Shown here one piece after another: positions 44,744-55,450 of a stretch of DNA of 64,000 nucleotides. Under the pieces are notes generated by a model, which did not search any database, was not told the origin of the DNA, and worked only from the letters and a program-made list of their open reading frames with translations. Made by a program: the position numbers and the translations under genes. The stretch is from Sporopachydermia quercuum (Eukaryota): the NCBI GenBank assembly GCA_001599295.1, contig BCGN01000004.1, forward strand, positions 314,138 to 378,137. Reading direction: 5' to 3'. Position 1 is the first letter of the stretch; every line of letters starts with the position of its first letter.

Positions 44744-47700
44744 TCAAACTGTTGATTTCATCTTGACATTCAATCCCAATGGTAATCCATACACTATTGG
44801 AGCAGCTCCATTCAAATAATCCAACCGACAAACATCACGAGATGTTTTAACAGCTTCACATATATTCATTCTATTATTTCCTTCTTCTTCTTCAATGCTC
44901 AATCCCCATTTATCAAACATCGACATAGTAAACTTATCTATATCTTTATCAGTAACATTCCACATATTCACAACTAACAAAGGACATCCAGCTGTCATAT
45001 AAGCCATTGGCAATCCCCAGGGTTCGAATCTTCCCATGAGCTTTAGTTCTCCTGAACTACAGCCTATCAGTACTGTAGATGCACATTTAGACAGCGTTTT
45101 TATGGTACTGGATCTAATAAACTGATTGCCTCCTCCATGGCCTATGTATACCACCAGTGATTTGTTATTCAATGCTTCTTCAAAGGCCTTTTCGCTTGGC
45201 TTGGTACTAATGAATCCTTGCCAGGTTTCCAGCTTGTCGAAAACCGGTTTGAATGTCTTTTCAGAGTTTGGAAGATCTCCTTCAGGATTGAGAATAAATG
45301 CACCTGAAGAAGTATCTATTCTATTAAGAGTAAGGGTATTAGCGGTTGTAGATCCATGATAGTTATTGGATTCCCAATGTGTTAATAATAGCGTTTTTAG
45401 TATACTTAGAGAAGGAACTCTAGATACTGAGAAGTTTCTTAAGCTTGGTAAAGATTCCCATGGGAACATTTGACAGTGCTTGCTTGTTATCAGTACTGTA
45501 TGATCAATAGACATAGAACCAGTAACACTACAAGTCCTATAGTAAACATTAATAGCCTCTTCGACTTCCACATACATTTGATCAACATCTATTTCATCAT
45601 ATGCGTTTTCCTCACCATGGAATTGCAGGATGTCAATGACAAAATATATCAAATCTTCTAAATGCTCATTTTTACTATCCGGTCGTTGTGCCCCTAATCC
45701 AATAAACAGTTTGAGAACATTAGTATCTATTTCTAATGAACTAATTGAAGTATCGGCATTTCTATTTCTAGGCTTGCGATCTCTCTTTCTAGACGGTAAA
45801 TGTCTATTGAGAATTATTAGAAAAGACTTTCTGAACTGCTGGAATAACAGGGCATCAACTCTTTGCTGAGAAAATATTCCTTTGAACCCTCCAAGCCAGC
45901 AATCATCAGCTTTTGCCAACAGGGTTTTCATTCTTTGGTTTAATTCAAAGCGTGACGCCCACCACTGCTTGGTACTTTCTCGAGAGGATTTGCCGGAGTT
46001 TTCTCTGGCAAATTTCAAGGTTTTGTCGCTTTCAGCAATGATATTCTGCAGTTCTTTTAACCCATCGTTGAAAAGGAATGCTGCTTCATCAGCGTCTCTG
46101 CTGTTGTGTCTATTAAGAGGCAGTCTCACTGTTACAGCTAGTTCTTTGTTTTCGTGTCTGGTGAGAATAAGGGCGCTAGAATCAGGACAGATATCTATGG
46201 AGACTACTATCCACGTTTCAGGAAGCTCTTTAATAGTTTGAACCTGAGTAGAATAGGTTTCACTAACAGTATCGATAACACTTGAATGTGATTCAGGGTT
46301 GATTGGATTATTCAATATATCATCAAACGAAGGATCCAAAGGCCATACAACATTTTTAGCAGCAGAATTGATTCTACTAGCAGTTTCCATTGCTTTTTCA
46401 CTATGTAATTCTTTATCGAAACGTAATGAAATGTTTCTTGGAATCTCCATAAAATTGACCAGTTCTTGCTGTAGATTTCTGCTTTTACCAGCATTAAGAG
46501 ACACTGCTGATAATGTACAGGAAAGATATCTAAAAAGATTGCAAATTTCTTCTATTTCATGGAGGAAACAATGGAATGAGCTGTTGCAAGTTGATTGTAG
46601 ATGTGCTTTTGTTTTCAGTAACTTGGTGATTATATTTTTTGTTTTCGATGGTTCTGTCAGGGGAGAGTTCGCTATAGGACTAGAATTACTACTGTTTTTC
46701 ACAGTGATACATTTAGTACTCCGATTGTTGATACTAGTGATAGTACCAGTTGCAGTAATAATAGGCTTATTATTGCTTTCAGCAGCTAGATTAGCAACAG
46801 CAATTCTAGTGCTACTACTAACGGCAGACTTAATGTTCTCATCCTTAATAGCTCTATTTATACTGCTAATTGTCATTCTACCAGTAATTGTCATGATATT
46901 CCCATCACTAGAATCACTATAGCTATAGTCTCGGTTATTGAGTTTCTGGTTTTCACTTTCATTATCGTTTCCGGTTTTGTCATTCAGGAGGTTATTACTG
47001 CTATTGTTTCCACTCTCTCCAATTGACGGGATGGAAATAACAGAGTCTTCTAAAACGGAGAAAACGGGATCGTTTTCAAGCTGATGATTAGCAAGAAACA
47101 CCTCACTTCTGGCTTTACAATAGCTCCATATTACTCCAGTTCTGTTGTTCGTTTGTATAGTGCTAGTAGTGGTAGTGCTTGCACAATTACTCATATTGAT
47201 AGACTGTTGAATGAAGTTGTAGATTTTAGATACTTCTGATAACATCAAAGTATTCGTTGGAAGATGAAGAAGACACTCAATAAGCAGAGTTGCAATAACA
47301 GGAGAATTATTTGATAAGTTGAACAGAATAGCATTAGTACCAGCATCATTACAGGTGTTGATCCTATCATTACACCTATCACTAGCCATATACTCATAAT
47401 TCTCATTGTTTCCATACAACGACAGCTCTTTTAATCCTTTATTGATACTTCCAGTTTCTAATTCAATGCATAATTCATGTAGCTGATTGATTTTCTTTGC
47501 TACCAAGCTGGTATCGCCACTTTCAATAGCTATTAGTATATTGGCCCTTAGAATAACAGCAGAGTAAAAAGCAATCACCATTGGAATTTCAGTAGAAACA
47601 AGGATTTTCGGCTGTTTGTTCGAAATGTCTGCTACTTCTATCAATAATGTAGAACCAATTGTTAGATCCCCGCTTTGGATGTAAAACAAAGCTACTGCTG

Positions 47701-50700
47701 AAAGGTATCGACAGGTATCACGTAATGAAAGCGCAGTTTTATTACCATCATCATAATTATTCGTGCACATCTCCCTCAGTTGTTTAGCATAATATTCGCC
47801 TTCTTTGCCCAAACCGACAGAAGCAAACAACAAACGACATTGATTGATTGATTCAGCTAGAACAACAAATAAACTATTCATGATATTGACATGCCAAGTA
47901 TATGACAACCGCTTTAACGACGAAAGCTTTGACAGAATGCTTTTAGATAGTTTGATCGCGTTTTTAAGTAGGATGTTTGCTTCTATGGGCTTTCCTTGTT
48001 GCAGTAGAACCTGTGATTTGTTGTATGTTGCCATTGTATAGAAAACAAGCATAGAATGGTAATTGAGAGAAGTAGTAGCAGTGTTAGTATTAGAATTGGG
48101 ATTAGTACCAATGGTAGCAACAATATCATTATCAAAGCACCTTATTTTCAACCTATTCAGTAACACAACTACTTCATCAGCAAATTTACTCCCTGATGCA
48201 AATCTCAGATCACGCGTATGCTCATTCAGTACTAGTAGAAATAAGCTACTATTGTATACTTTCCAGTCACGATTCTCTTCCAATTGCCTCAGCAAACCTG
48301 ATAAAGTGTCCAGCTCTGCTTCAAGATTAGCTACTTCCCCTAGTTGGTAGTATAGCGTGAACAGTTGAAATGAGAGTGTTAATTGGATGTTAAGCTTTAG
48401 CTCTGGCGAAATTGAATTTCTTGCAAACTGGTGTTGAAGAGTTTCCTTGGTATTTCTGGAGCTTGGTTTTCTTGTTGATTGCCTTTGTCTTGCCGGCCGA
48501 TCTTTTTGTAGCATTCTGCTATTACTTTGGCCATAGTTCTTGCCGGTAGTATCCAGCTGTATCAACCAGTCAGATGTCTCTTTTACCAGTAAACAGTTCA
48601 GCAAGAACAGCTTATGGTAATTGAGACTGCTGAATACGTTTGAAATATTTGAGAAAACAGATAAAATATTGATGGTAGTAGTTAGCTGATGTGCTCTATG
48701 GTCTTTGAGCTCTTTGTATGCTCTTAGATACTTAATGAGGTATCGAACCGATAGTAGAATATGTTGTAAGGTGTTATCGTTATTTCTCGTAGATAAAACC
48801 CAGTAAGCTTGAGATAAGGCAAAGAATGAACAATTAGTTTTTGCAATTGGTTCAAGAGTTTGTATGAGATCCGTGAGATGTTTGAACAGGTCTAATTGTT
48901 CAATAGTAGTGCTATCACTATTGCTATTACTATTCTCACCAATTGGCTTATCAAACTGCCATTGCCACCTCTCGATAATATCTGTAAATGCAACAACCAG
49001 TAAACAGTACATATTTTCATTCTCATTGACCGCTCTATCACTAGCGGTGCTGCAACTTACTTGAAGACCATTTCTCTCAGTTCTCTCAACAACATACATG
49101 ATAATATCAGCAAGCATTAGTTTGATAATCTGATGATTAGTGATTCCCTTGTTTGATCCCAGTAATATTTTGGTAATAATAATAATTATATATAGCCTGA
49201 TGGTAAAGCTACTAATGTTGTCGTCACTAGAGCTCCCAGAACTAAAAATTTCCGTACTATCATTCTGGGTACTGTTTCCATCATCAAAGAGGCGTCTGAA
49301 CTCATTTCTCAACAACTCAGTCCATTTGGACTCTTTACTCATTCTATCAACACAATTTGATAATAATAACATAATATTATACAACTTTCCGTCTTTGTCA
49401 AAAACTGTGGTGATTGGCTTCTCATCTTCATAATTTGTCTCCCTGTTGGCAAACAAATACTCCACATAACTGAAAACACACCTAATTGCTTTGCAATAAT
49501 CTTCCATTTCATATAAAGCAAAAATAAGTTTCTCCCACTTCAATTCTACTGTCGATTTGTCTTTGGAATTGAATAAATGAACAGCACATGGGAATTTTTG
49601 ATGAATAGATAATCCAATTTCCCATAGTAGTCTTGTAATAGTACCGTTAATCTTTCTGTAGGATAGCCCGATCGAATAGGAAATGTTAGCTAAATTGTTA
49701 GCTCTTTTCAGTATTGATTGAACTGCTTCTGACATATATGTCACTGGTACGTCTGAAACGTATTTCCTATGCATTTGTCCTAAAGATTTGGCCATATAAT
49801 CAACAATGCAACACAACGTATGAATATGCTGTTGGGATGACAGTTGGAAAGAAGCCAATACTGTTGCAATAGCATCAAATAATGATAGAAGTTCTTTTAA
49901 ATGCAAAATGCAAGGTGAATTGTTAACTCCGTCTTGAGATGCTGAAAATGATGATGATGACACATTTGGACCACACGCTAATAGAACGTTCAACAAGAAC
50001 GACAAAAGTTCACCATCTTTGTTAAGACAGTCAATATTATTAGTAGTAGCATTAGCTTTACTGGTTCCCTTCAATTCTTTATAAATGATTGAGGCAATTC
50101 TCATTAAAACTGTTTTCTCGTTAATTAATTCGCCATTGGTGACATTGATATAATGGCTGGCTTCATTGAATATAGCCATTAGTTCATTTATAGTAGTAGC
50201 CGTGTTAATAGCGATAATAAGTTCTCTATTTCTGCTAGTACTCGAATGCTTTCCACTATTGTCAATGGTATTCGAATGACTACTTGTTTCGTCGGCGCAG
50301 TTGCAGTTGCTATTGGTAATGGTATTGATATCACCATTGTTACTTTTGTTCTCATCATGATTGTCATTCTCATTATATATTCTATCGTCACCGTTTCCAT
50401 CTTTCTGTTGATTATCCATCGTAGTAATGATGATATTCTCCCATTCAAATCCTTTTTCATCGACATATAATCTATTGCTTATCTCCTGTAAATACCGCAC
50501 TGTTTCATAAACTACTGTTGAGCTTTTCATGTTGTTCAAAGCTTTATTGTGCATGAACAACAGTCTAATGCTTTTAATGCAAAGTAATAAAATGCCCCTT
50601 GAGCTGCCATCAACCATTTCTTCACAATTATGGTCATTAGCTTGCAGCTCTGTCACACATTCCTGTACATAACGTCGAATGGCAGTTAAACTGTTAATAA

Positions 50701-51847
50701 AGAAACCATTATCACCCACTTTCATCGTACATTGACATAGTTTCAGCAATAGAGCATCAAATGGTGATGCTTTCTTCTGCTCTATTAATGCAAGAGTCCT
50801 AATAAACAAATCCGTTCTGGTTTCTTGCTCTGAAATTGGTAGATAGTTTAGGAGGTTTAAAGGTGAACAATCGCTATTTAATTGAGTAGTGAATGCTTTG
50901 AAAATATCAGCAGTATTGAGAGGAGGCGTTTTGATTTGTTTGTTGTTAGTTGACTGATCTGTTAATTGCAGAAGAAATAGTTGAGCTGTAATTAGAAGGT
51001 TTACTAGAGAATAAGATGGAGCAGTTTGAGTTCTATTATAGGTGGTAGGGCTACTGATTGATTGACCTTTTGATGGTGAGCAGTTTTCATCACCATTCCA
51101 CTTGTTGTCTTCTTTTTTGTGCGTCATCAATAGCATATCTTGAGAATTTTCGGAAGCGTCAATATGTTTGCCGCTATCACACCATTCATAAAGTAGGATT
51201 TCTGTATAATCAACAACAGTAATATCAACAGCACCTTCAGCACCTTTAGCACTCTTAGGATTACCGTTTAGAATTTCTACCTCAGTTTCTCGTTTTCCGT
51301 TTATACTGCCTCCTAATAGAAGCAATAGTCTTCTAAGTCTTGTATGGAGAATCCATAGCTGCTGGAGAGCAAACTTCGTGAGCTTCAGCTCTATTGACAG
51401 TAAAACCAGCTTAGAATACTTCCGCAGAATATCGACCTCAACTATTCCTGCCTCTACTCGTAGTGCAGTGAGAATCCTTAATGCTAGTAAACATAACGAA
51501 AGTGTTGATTGTAGAGTAGTTAGTTTTTCGTTATCACCAGCTAATTTAACCGACTGTAAAGTTTTCAGAGTCTGAAATGCTGATTCGATGGTTAAATCAC
51601 ACAGCTCAACAACACGTTGACATTTCGAGTGGGTATTGTGTTTCCTCAAAGGTGACTGGTTCTGACTTCCAACGGGTGAATTTCGAGCCTGAGATAAGGG
51701 ATCAAACGGTTTTCTTTTCCTTGCTGAGACCAATGTTGACTGAATACTTCTAAATATTCGTAGTTCATCACGGAGATTTGTTTCCCATTGCTTGAAATTG
51801 GTTTGATCCCATGCTATGAAATCGTTTGGAATAACCGCAGATTTCAT
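44744..51847 (-). CDS. ESP1: Separase (peptidase C50), about 2367 aa
   Basis: C-terminal catalytic domain: RLPLNRH, WW..R..L, FPWESLP, SRVPSL, ILNPEGDL, YIGHGGG, LIGCSSG, MWNVTDKDID, GAAPIVYGLP. First ATG at 51847 (the track start is TTG). Confidence 0.94.
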   Translation of the reverse strand: MKSAVIPNDFIAWDQTNFKQWETNLRDELRIFRSIQSTLVSARKRKPFDPLSQARNSPVGSQNQSPLRKHNTHSKCQRVVELCDLTIESAFQTLKTLQSVKLAGDNEKLTTLQSTLSLCLLALRILTALRVEAGIVEVDILRKYSKLVLLSIELKLTKFALQQLWILHTRLRRLLLLLGGSINGKRETEVEILNGNPKSAKGAEGAVDITVVDYTEILLYEWCDSGKHIDASENSQDMLLMTHKKEDNKWNGDENCSPSKGQSISSPTTYNRTQTAPSYSLVNLLITAQLFLLQLTDQSTNNKQIKTPPLNTADIFKAFTTQLNSDCSPLNLLNYLPISEQETRTDLFIRTLALIEQKKASPFDALLLKLCQCTMKVGDNGFFINSLTAIRRYVQECVTELQANDHNCEEMVDGSSRGILLLCIKSIRLLFMHNKALNNMKSSTVVYETVRYLQEISNRLYVDEKGFEWENIIITTMDNQQKDGNGDDRIYNENDNHDENKSNNGDINTITNSNCNCADETSSHSNTIDNSGKHSSTSRNRELIIAINTATTINELMAIFNEASHYINVTNGELINEKTVLMRIASIIYKELKGTSKANATTNNIDCLNKDGELLSFLLNVLLACGPNVSSSSFSASQDGVNNSPCILHLKELLSLFDAIATVLASFQLSSQQHIHTLCCIVDYMAKSLGQMHRKYVSDVPVTYMSEAVQSILKRANNLANISYSIGLSYRKINGTITRLLWEIGLSIHQKFPCAVHLFNSKDKSTVELKWEKLIFALYEMEDYCKAIRCVFSYVEYLFANRETNYEDEKPITTVFDKDGKLYNIMLLLSNCVDRMSKESKWTELLRNEFRRLFDDGNSTQNDSTEIFSSGSSSDDNISSFTIRLYIIIIITKILLGSNKGITNHQIIKLMLADIIMYVVERTERNGLQVSCSTASDRAVNENENMYCLLVVAFTDIIERWQWQFDKPIGENSNSNSDSTTIEQLDLFKHLTDLIQTLEPIAKTNCSFFALSQAYWVLSTRNNDNTLQHILLSVRYLIKYLRAYKELKDHRAHQLTTTINILSVFSNISNVFSSLNYHKLFLLNCLLVKETSDWLIQLDTTGKNYGQSNSRMLQKDRPARQRQSTRKPSSRNTKETLQHQFARNSISPELKLNIQLTLSFQLFTLYYQLGEVANLEAELDTLSGLLRQLEENRDWKVYNSSLFLLVLNEHTRDLRFASGSKFADEVVVLLNRLKIRCFDNDIVATIGTNPNSNTNTATTSLNYHSMLVFYTMATYNKSQVLLQQGKPIEANILLKNAIKLSKSILSKLSSLKRLSYTWHVNIMNSLFVVLAESINQCRLLFASVGLGKEGEYYAKQLREMCTNNYDDGNKTALSLRDTCRYLSAVALFYIQSGDLTIGSTLLIEVADISNKQPKILVSTEIPMVIAFYSAVILRANILIAIESGDTSLVAKKINQLHELCIELETGSINKGLKELSLYGNNENYEYMASDRCNDRINTCNDAGTNAILFNLSNNSPVIATLLIECLLHLPTNTLMLSEVSKIYNFIQQSINMSNCASTTTTSTIQTNNRTGVIWSYCKARSEVFLANHQLENDPVFSVLEDSVISIPSIGESGNNSSNNLLNDKTGNDNESENQKLNNRDYSYSDSSDGNIMTITGRMTISSINRAIKDENIKSAVSSSTRIAVANLAAESNNKPIITATGTITSINNRSTKCITVKNSSNSSPIANSPLTEPSKTKNIITKLLKTKAHLQSTCNSSFHCFLHEIEEICNLFRYLSCTLSAVSLNAGKSRNLQQELVNFMEIPRNISLRFDKELHSEKAMETASRINSAAKNVVWPLDPSFDDILNNPINPESHSSVIDTVSETYSTQVQTIKELPETWIVVSIDICPDSSALILTRHENKELAVTVRLPLNRHNSRDADEAAFLFNDGLKELQNIIAESDKTLKFARENSGKSSRESTKQWWASRFELNQRMKTLLAKADDCWLGGFKGIFSQQRVDALLFQQFRKSFLIILNRHLPSRKRDRKPRNRNADTSISSLEIDTNVLKLFIGLGAQRPDSKNEHLEDLIYFVIDILQFHGEENAYDEIDVDQMYVEVEEAINVYYRTCSVTGSMSIDHTVLITSKHCQMFPWESLPSLRNFSVSRVPSLSILKTLLLTHWESNNYHGSTTANTLTLNRIDTSSGAFILNPEGDLPNSEKTFKPVFDKLETWQGFISTKPSEKAFEEALNNKSLVVYIGHGGGNQFIRSSTIKTLSKCASTVLIGCSSGELKLMGRFEPWGLPMAYMTAGCPLLVVNMWNVTDKDIDKFTMSMFDKWGLSIEEEEGNNRMNICEAVKTSRDVCRLDYLNGAAPIVYGLPLGLNVKMKSTV

Positions 51848-52361
51848 TGTAAGTTCACTTTTCTTAAACTCATTGTAGTTAGATGCAAAAAATGTAAGGT
51901 GTGTAAATCCAATAGATAACAATGAATGATGCAATTATGTTGATCGTATTGTTCTGTGAATGGTACGGTATTGGATCGTTTCGTGCAGAGTATATGAATT
52001 ATAGATCCATAGATGATTGAATGATATGATGCTGAAAGTTGACTATGCTAATTGTATGCAAATGATAATAATGCTAATTCAGACTATACATATGTATATC
52101 CTTTGTTTGTTTAAGCGTGTTACTTAGGTTGTAGTCTGATAAGATAAATAGATATTTATCACTACGAAAGGAATACGAAAGAAGGAAAGGAAAGATGTAT
52201 GGTGATACAGTTGCGTTATGATGATGTATTTACTTCTGGGCTCAAATAGGAACCTATAATGGGTTTGAAGGTCGTATTTGATTTGATGTATTATGAGGGG
52301 TTATGGGACAACTTATTGTGGGTAGGGGGAGAGACCAGACGGGATAGTGAAGATGACAATG

Positions 52362-52406
52362 ATTGATAGTGAAGTGATGATGATAGTGATGATGATAGTG
52401 ATAGTA
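52362..52406. repeat. Imperfect GAT/AGT trinucleotide-type microsatellite
   Basis: GATAGTGAAGTGATGATGATAGTGATGATGATAGTGATAGT upstream of ESP1. Confidence 0.65.
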
Positions 52407-53780
52407 AGAAATAAATAGTTTAGAGGGTAAATAGCAATGCAACTGAGTGAAACTGAAAATAATTATGGGACAATTTTAAATATTGGAGGCTAAAAGCTGG
52501 AATAATGTGGAGGTTGAGTTGGCAGAGGAGGGAAAAGCAGATGGAGTATCTGGAGACTAGATATTATTTTGGAAGTGGTTTAAATATGGGCATACAATAA
52601 TGTGAAAGGCATAGTATCGTATGAATGGATAGTAAAGTATACAACTTCAAAGGCACTAACTTTTACTATAAAGATGTTATGAGATCCATTTTACCATTTG
52701 TTTTGAATTAAGTTTGATAGTACCCTTTAAAGAAATAATTGTACAATCTGATTAGGAAAGTGAGGCTGCAGATCTAAATTTCGGAGACGATGAAAGGAAA
52801 TCAATACTAACTTTCGTAACACCCTGTAATGGGACTAAATTTTAATTACTACAGAAAATTCTACGGAAATATGATTGAAAACAATTCAGGACGAGACCGT
52901 TTATTTCAATCTTATAATCAGTAAATCTGGTGATTTAGTACTTTGATAGTATAATTGTAAGCCGACACCAGGGCTGACGTTCTGTAGCAGTCTGACTTTT
53001 TATTGGACAGTATGTATATCTTCACTTGCTTATCCACTATCAGCATATCTCATTTGCATCAGAATATAGGTATTGGAATACACATACATAGGAGCAAATG
53101 AAGCGCGATAAGTAATGACACTTCAGACGTATATATTCTCAGTTTTAGTCGATGATTTAACTCACAATGTACCAACTCTTTGCATACTCAAGTGAATATT
53201 CCACCGCAAATCAAGAAGTGGCGTACAACATAAGTGACACAACCTGAGCATATTATTCATAATAAGAAACCACCACATAACATAAATAGTAATAGTCAAG
53301 AGTTCTGCCCTCCGATAATCAATTCCAATGATCAAATATTCTCGTTGTTATGTTTCAGCTTATCAGAATTAGAACTGCTGCTTTTCGTGAAACATTGAGA
53401 TTCCATCAAGAACATCCACCAGTAAGTACTTGAATGGTATAGAGAATGTATATTTCAAACATCTCTACTCGATATTTGGTGCTGACTATTTTTACTTCAG
53501 CTAAGTCTCACAAAGGGAGCAAACTCACATTTTTGCAAAGAGCTGCGAAGAATTACCTGTAGTGCTTACTATCATCAGCCGAACGATCGCTACTTGATAT
53601 TTGAAAAGAAAACAACGATGACCTAAAACCAAGTATATAGAGAACAACCTTATATGAAGTCACAATCAATATCAGTTGTTTCATAGTTGTTCATTAAAAT
53701 AAGAAAGTATCAGCGTCATTAATATATACAACAACAACTACGGTAATAACTATTCTTTGAACAGTTCAATAGATCGCATA

Positions 53781-54944
53781 CTACCTAACATTCAATTCAG
53801 ATAACAGTATAGCTTTCAGCTCATCAACAGCAAAATTGCCTCTCAGCTTTTTCAACTTCACAATTAATTCAGTAACTACACCTTGATCATCATCAACTAA
53901 TGACCAATTGGTGCTTGCTGTAGGTGAATCAAAATCATCAATAGATGTCCATTGATAGACATCTGACGGTAGATCCTCGTCAACAGGATACTGAGCAAAC
54001 CTCAATTGTTCACAAGCTTCAATTATACCAGTCTTTGACGAGCAAGACAAGATGACAAAGCTATTAGAACACGAGTGCATCCTTAGCTGTTGACACATCA
54101 AAACTAATATACAATTGGTGCACTTCTCAATAAAAACTGGTCCAGGGATATGTGTTCTGACAAACACAACTGAATTTTTCAAACCAGATAGCTTCAGAGA
54201 CGCTAGTTGATGATCTGTAAGATCAATAAAAGACCTGTCAACCTTTTGTATATAAGCTGTTCTTGCTGATACTTTCGTGGATGATGACGAACTGAGCTTC
54301 CAGTAGCCTGAAGAAAGATCAGTTAATGTGGATCTAATGAGATTTGATTCAGTGACTGACTCATTGGAATTGTTGTTAATAGTTGTAGCAATAGCATCAG
54401 CAGAAGATTCAACAATGCTATTATGAACAGCTTTGCTACTAAACTCATTCAATGCTGCAGTTGTATCATTCTTGTTTCCTGCTTTCACTTTCACTCTCAG
54501 TTTACGAGAGAATGAGAAGCTACTCGTAGGTTTGACTGTCTCTAATTTTGATCTCAATGCGTCAATTAGCTAAAATATCACGTTAGAATTCAAACCAGAA
54601 AGCATTGTTAATAGCTGACCCTATGTTTAGTTGGTGATGAAATATTCAAGTTGGCACTTTCCATACATTCTGATATGACTGTAGGTCATGGTTACTTATG
54701 TCTTGATTGAAATCTCTGCATTTTTGTTCTAATGCATTGATTTCTTTTGACATTGTAGGAAAATCCTTTTTTGTTGCATTATTTATTTTCTGTTCAATTT
54801 CTGTTCGCTATTAGTTAGTATTTGTAGATAGATCATATAAGAATATCTATCTTAGACACCGGGTCTAAGGGCGTCTAGAAGAAGTATTCACTTACCCCGA
54901 GTTTCAGATAAGAACCAGTTATAAAATTCACGAGCGTCTACCAT
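53781..54944 (-). CDS. CIN2: Tubulin-binding cofactor C (Cin2/TBCC), 3 exons, 323 aa
   Basis: Exons 54944-54896, 54800-54667, 54569-53781 (donors GTAAGT, GTATGG). N-terminal MVDAREFYNWF...HDLQSYQ; C-terminal TBCC domain with CQQLRMH, IIEAC, WTSIDDF, NW. Confidence 0.85.
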
Positions 54945-55450
54945 TTTGATTACTGTATGAGAGCATACTGTTGCAGCAACTCTGAGATATCTTTGCTAGT
55001 GGTAATGTAAATTAAATAATAAGATCCTATGAGACGTCGAAGCAGGAGGTTACTTAACAGGAATTGATGAGGTGCACCGCAACGGGATGAATAATCGAGT
55101 TGCCTGTAGGGTTTCGCATGATGAGCACTTTTTTTCTATTGCAAGTACTTTTTGCGGAAGCAAGTACTGAATTCTTGGAGGTGACTTTTCATAATAGGAA
55201 AGATATTTCTGTTTAAAATCACGTGATCTAATGCGGGATTTGCATCAAGCTCTCTCTGCCGCAAATTCAAATCTACTTTTTGACATTCAATAAAGTAACC
55301 TATCATCTATCATCAACACCTTTTGTATACTTAATTACACAGTAAAAAAATAAAACGAACAAAAGATTACATAACAAAGATTGGTTTAAAAACCAATCAT
55401 TTACACATTCATCAATGCTTATCAATTTGATTCCACATGATCTTCTCTCC

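Noticed and set aside
45126..51575. Numerous 60-200 aa antisense ORFs inside ESP1 (also inside MYO1, NBS1, RTT103 and KIN3)
   Set aside because: They lie wholly opposite long conserved CDSs and look like reverse-frame by-products.
52600..53700. Scattered branch-point-like (CACTAAC, TACTAAC) and donor-like motifs suggesting a hidden spliced gene or snoRNA host
   Set aside because: I could not assemble an open spliced frame or a credible C/D guide; RNA-seq would be needed.
55218..55227. ATCACGTGAT as centromeric CDEI
   Set aside because: No very AT-rich CDEII or CDEIII follows; more likely an ordinary bHLH (Cbf1-type) promoter site.
55379..55398. Palindrome GATTGGTTT-AA-AAACCAATC in the POX1 3' region
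   Set aside because: Short and AT-rich, with too small a loop to be a meaningful hairpin; compatible with chance.
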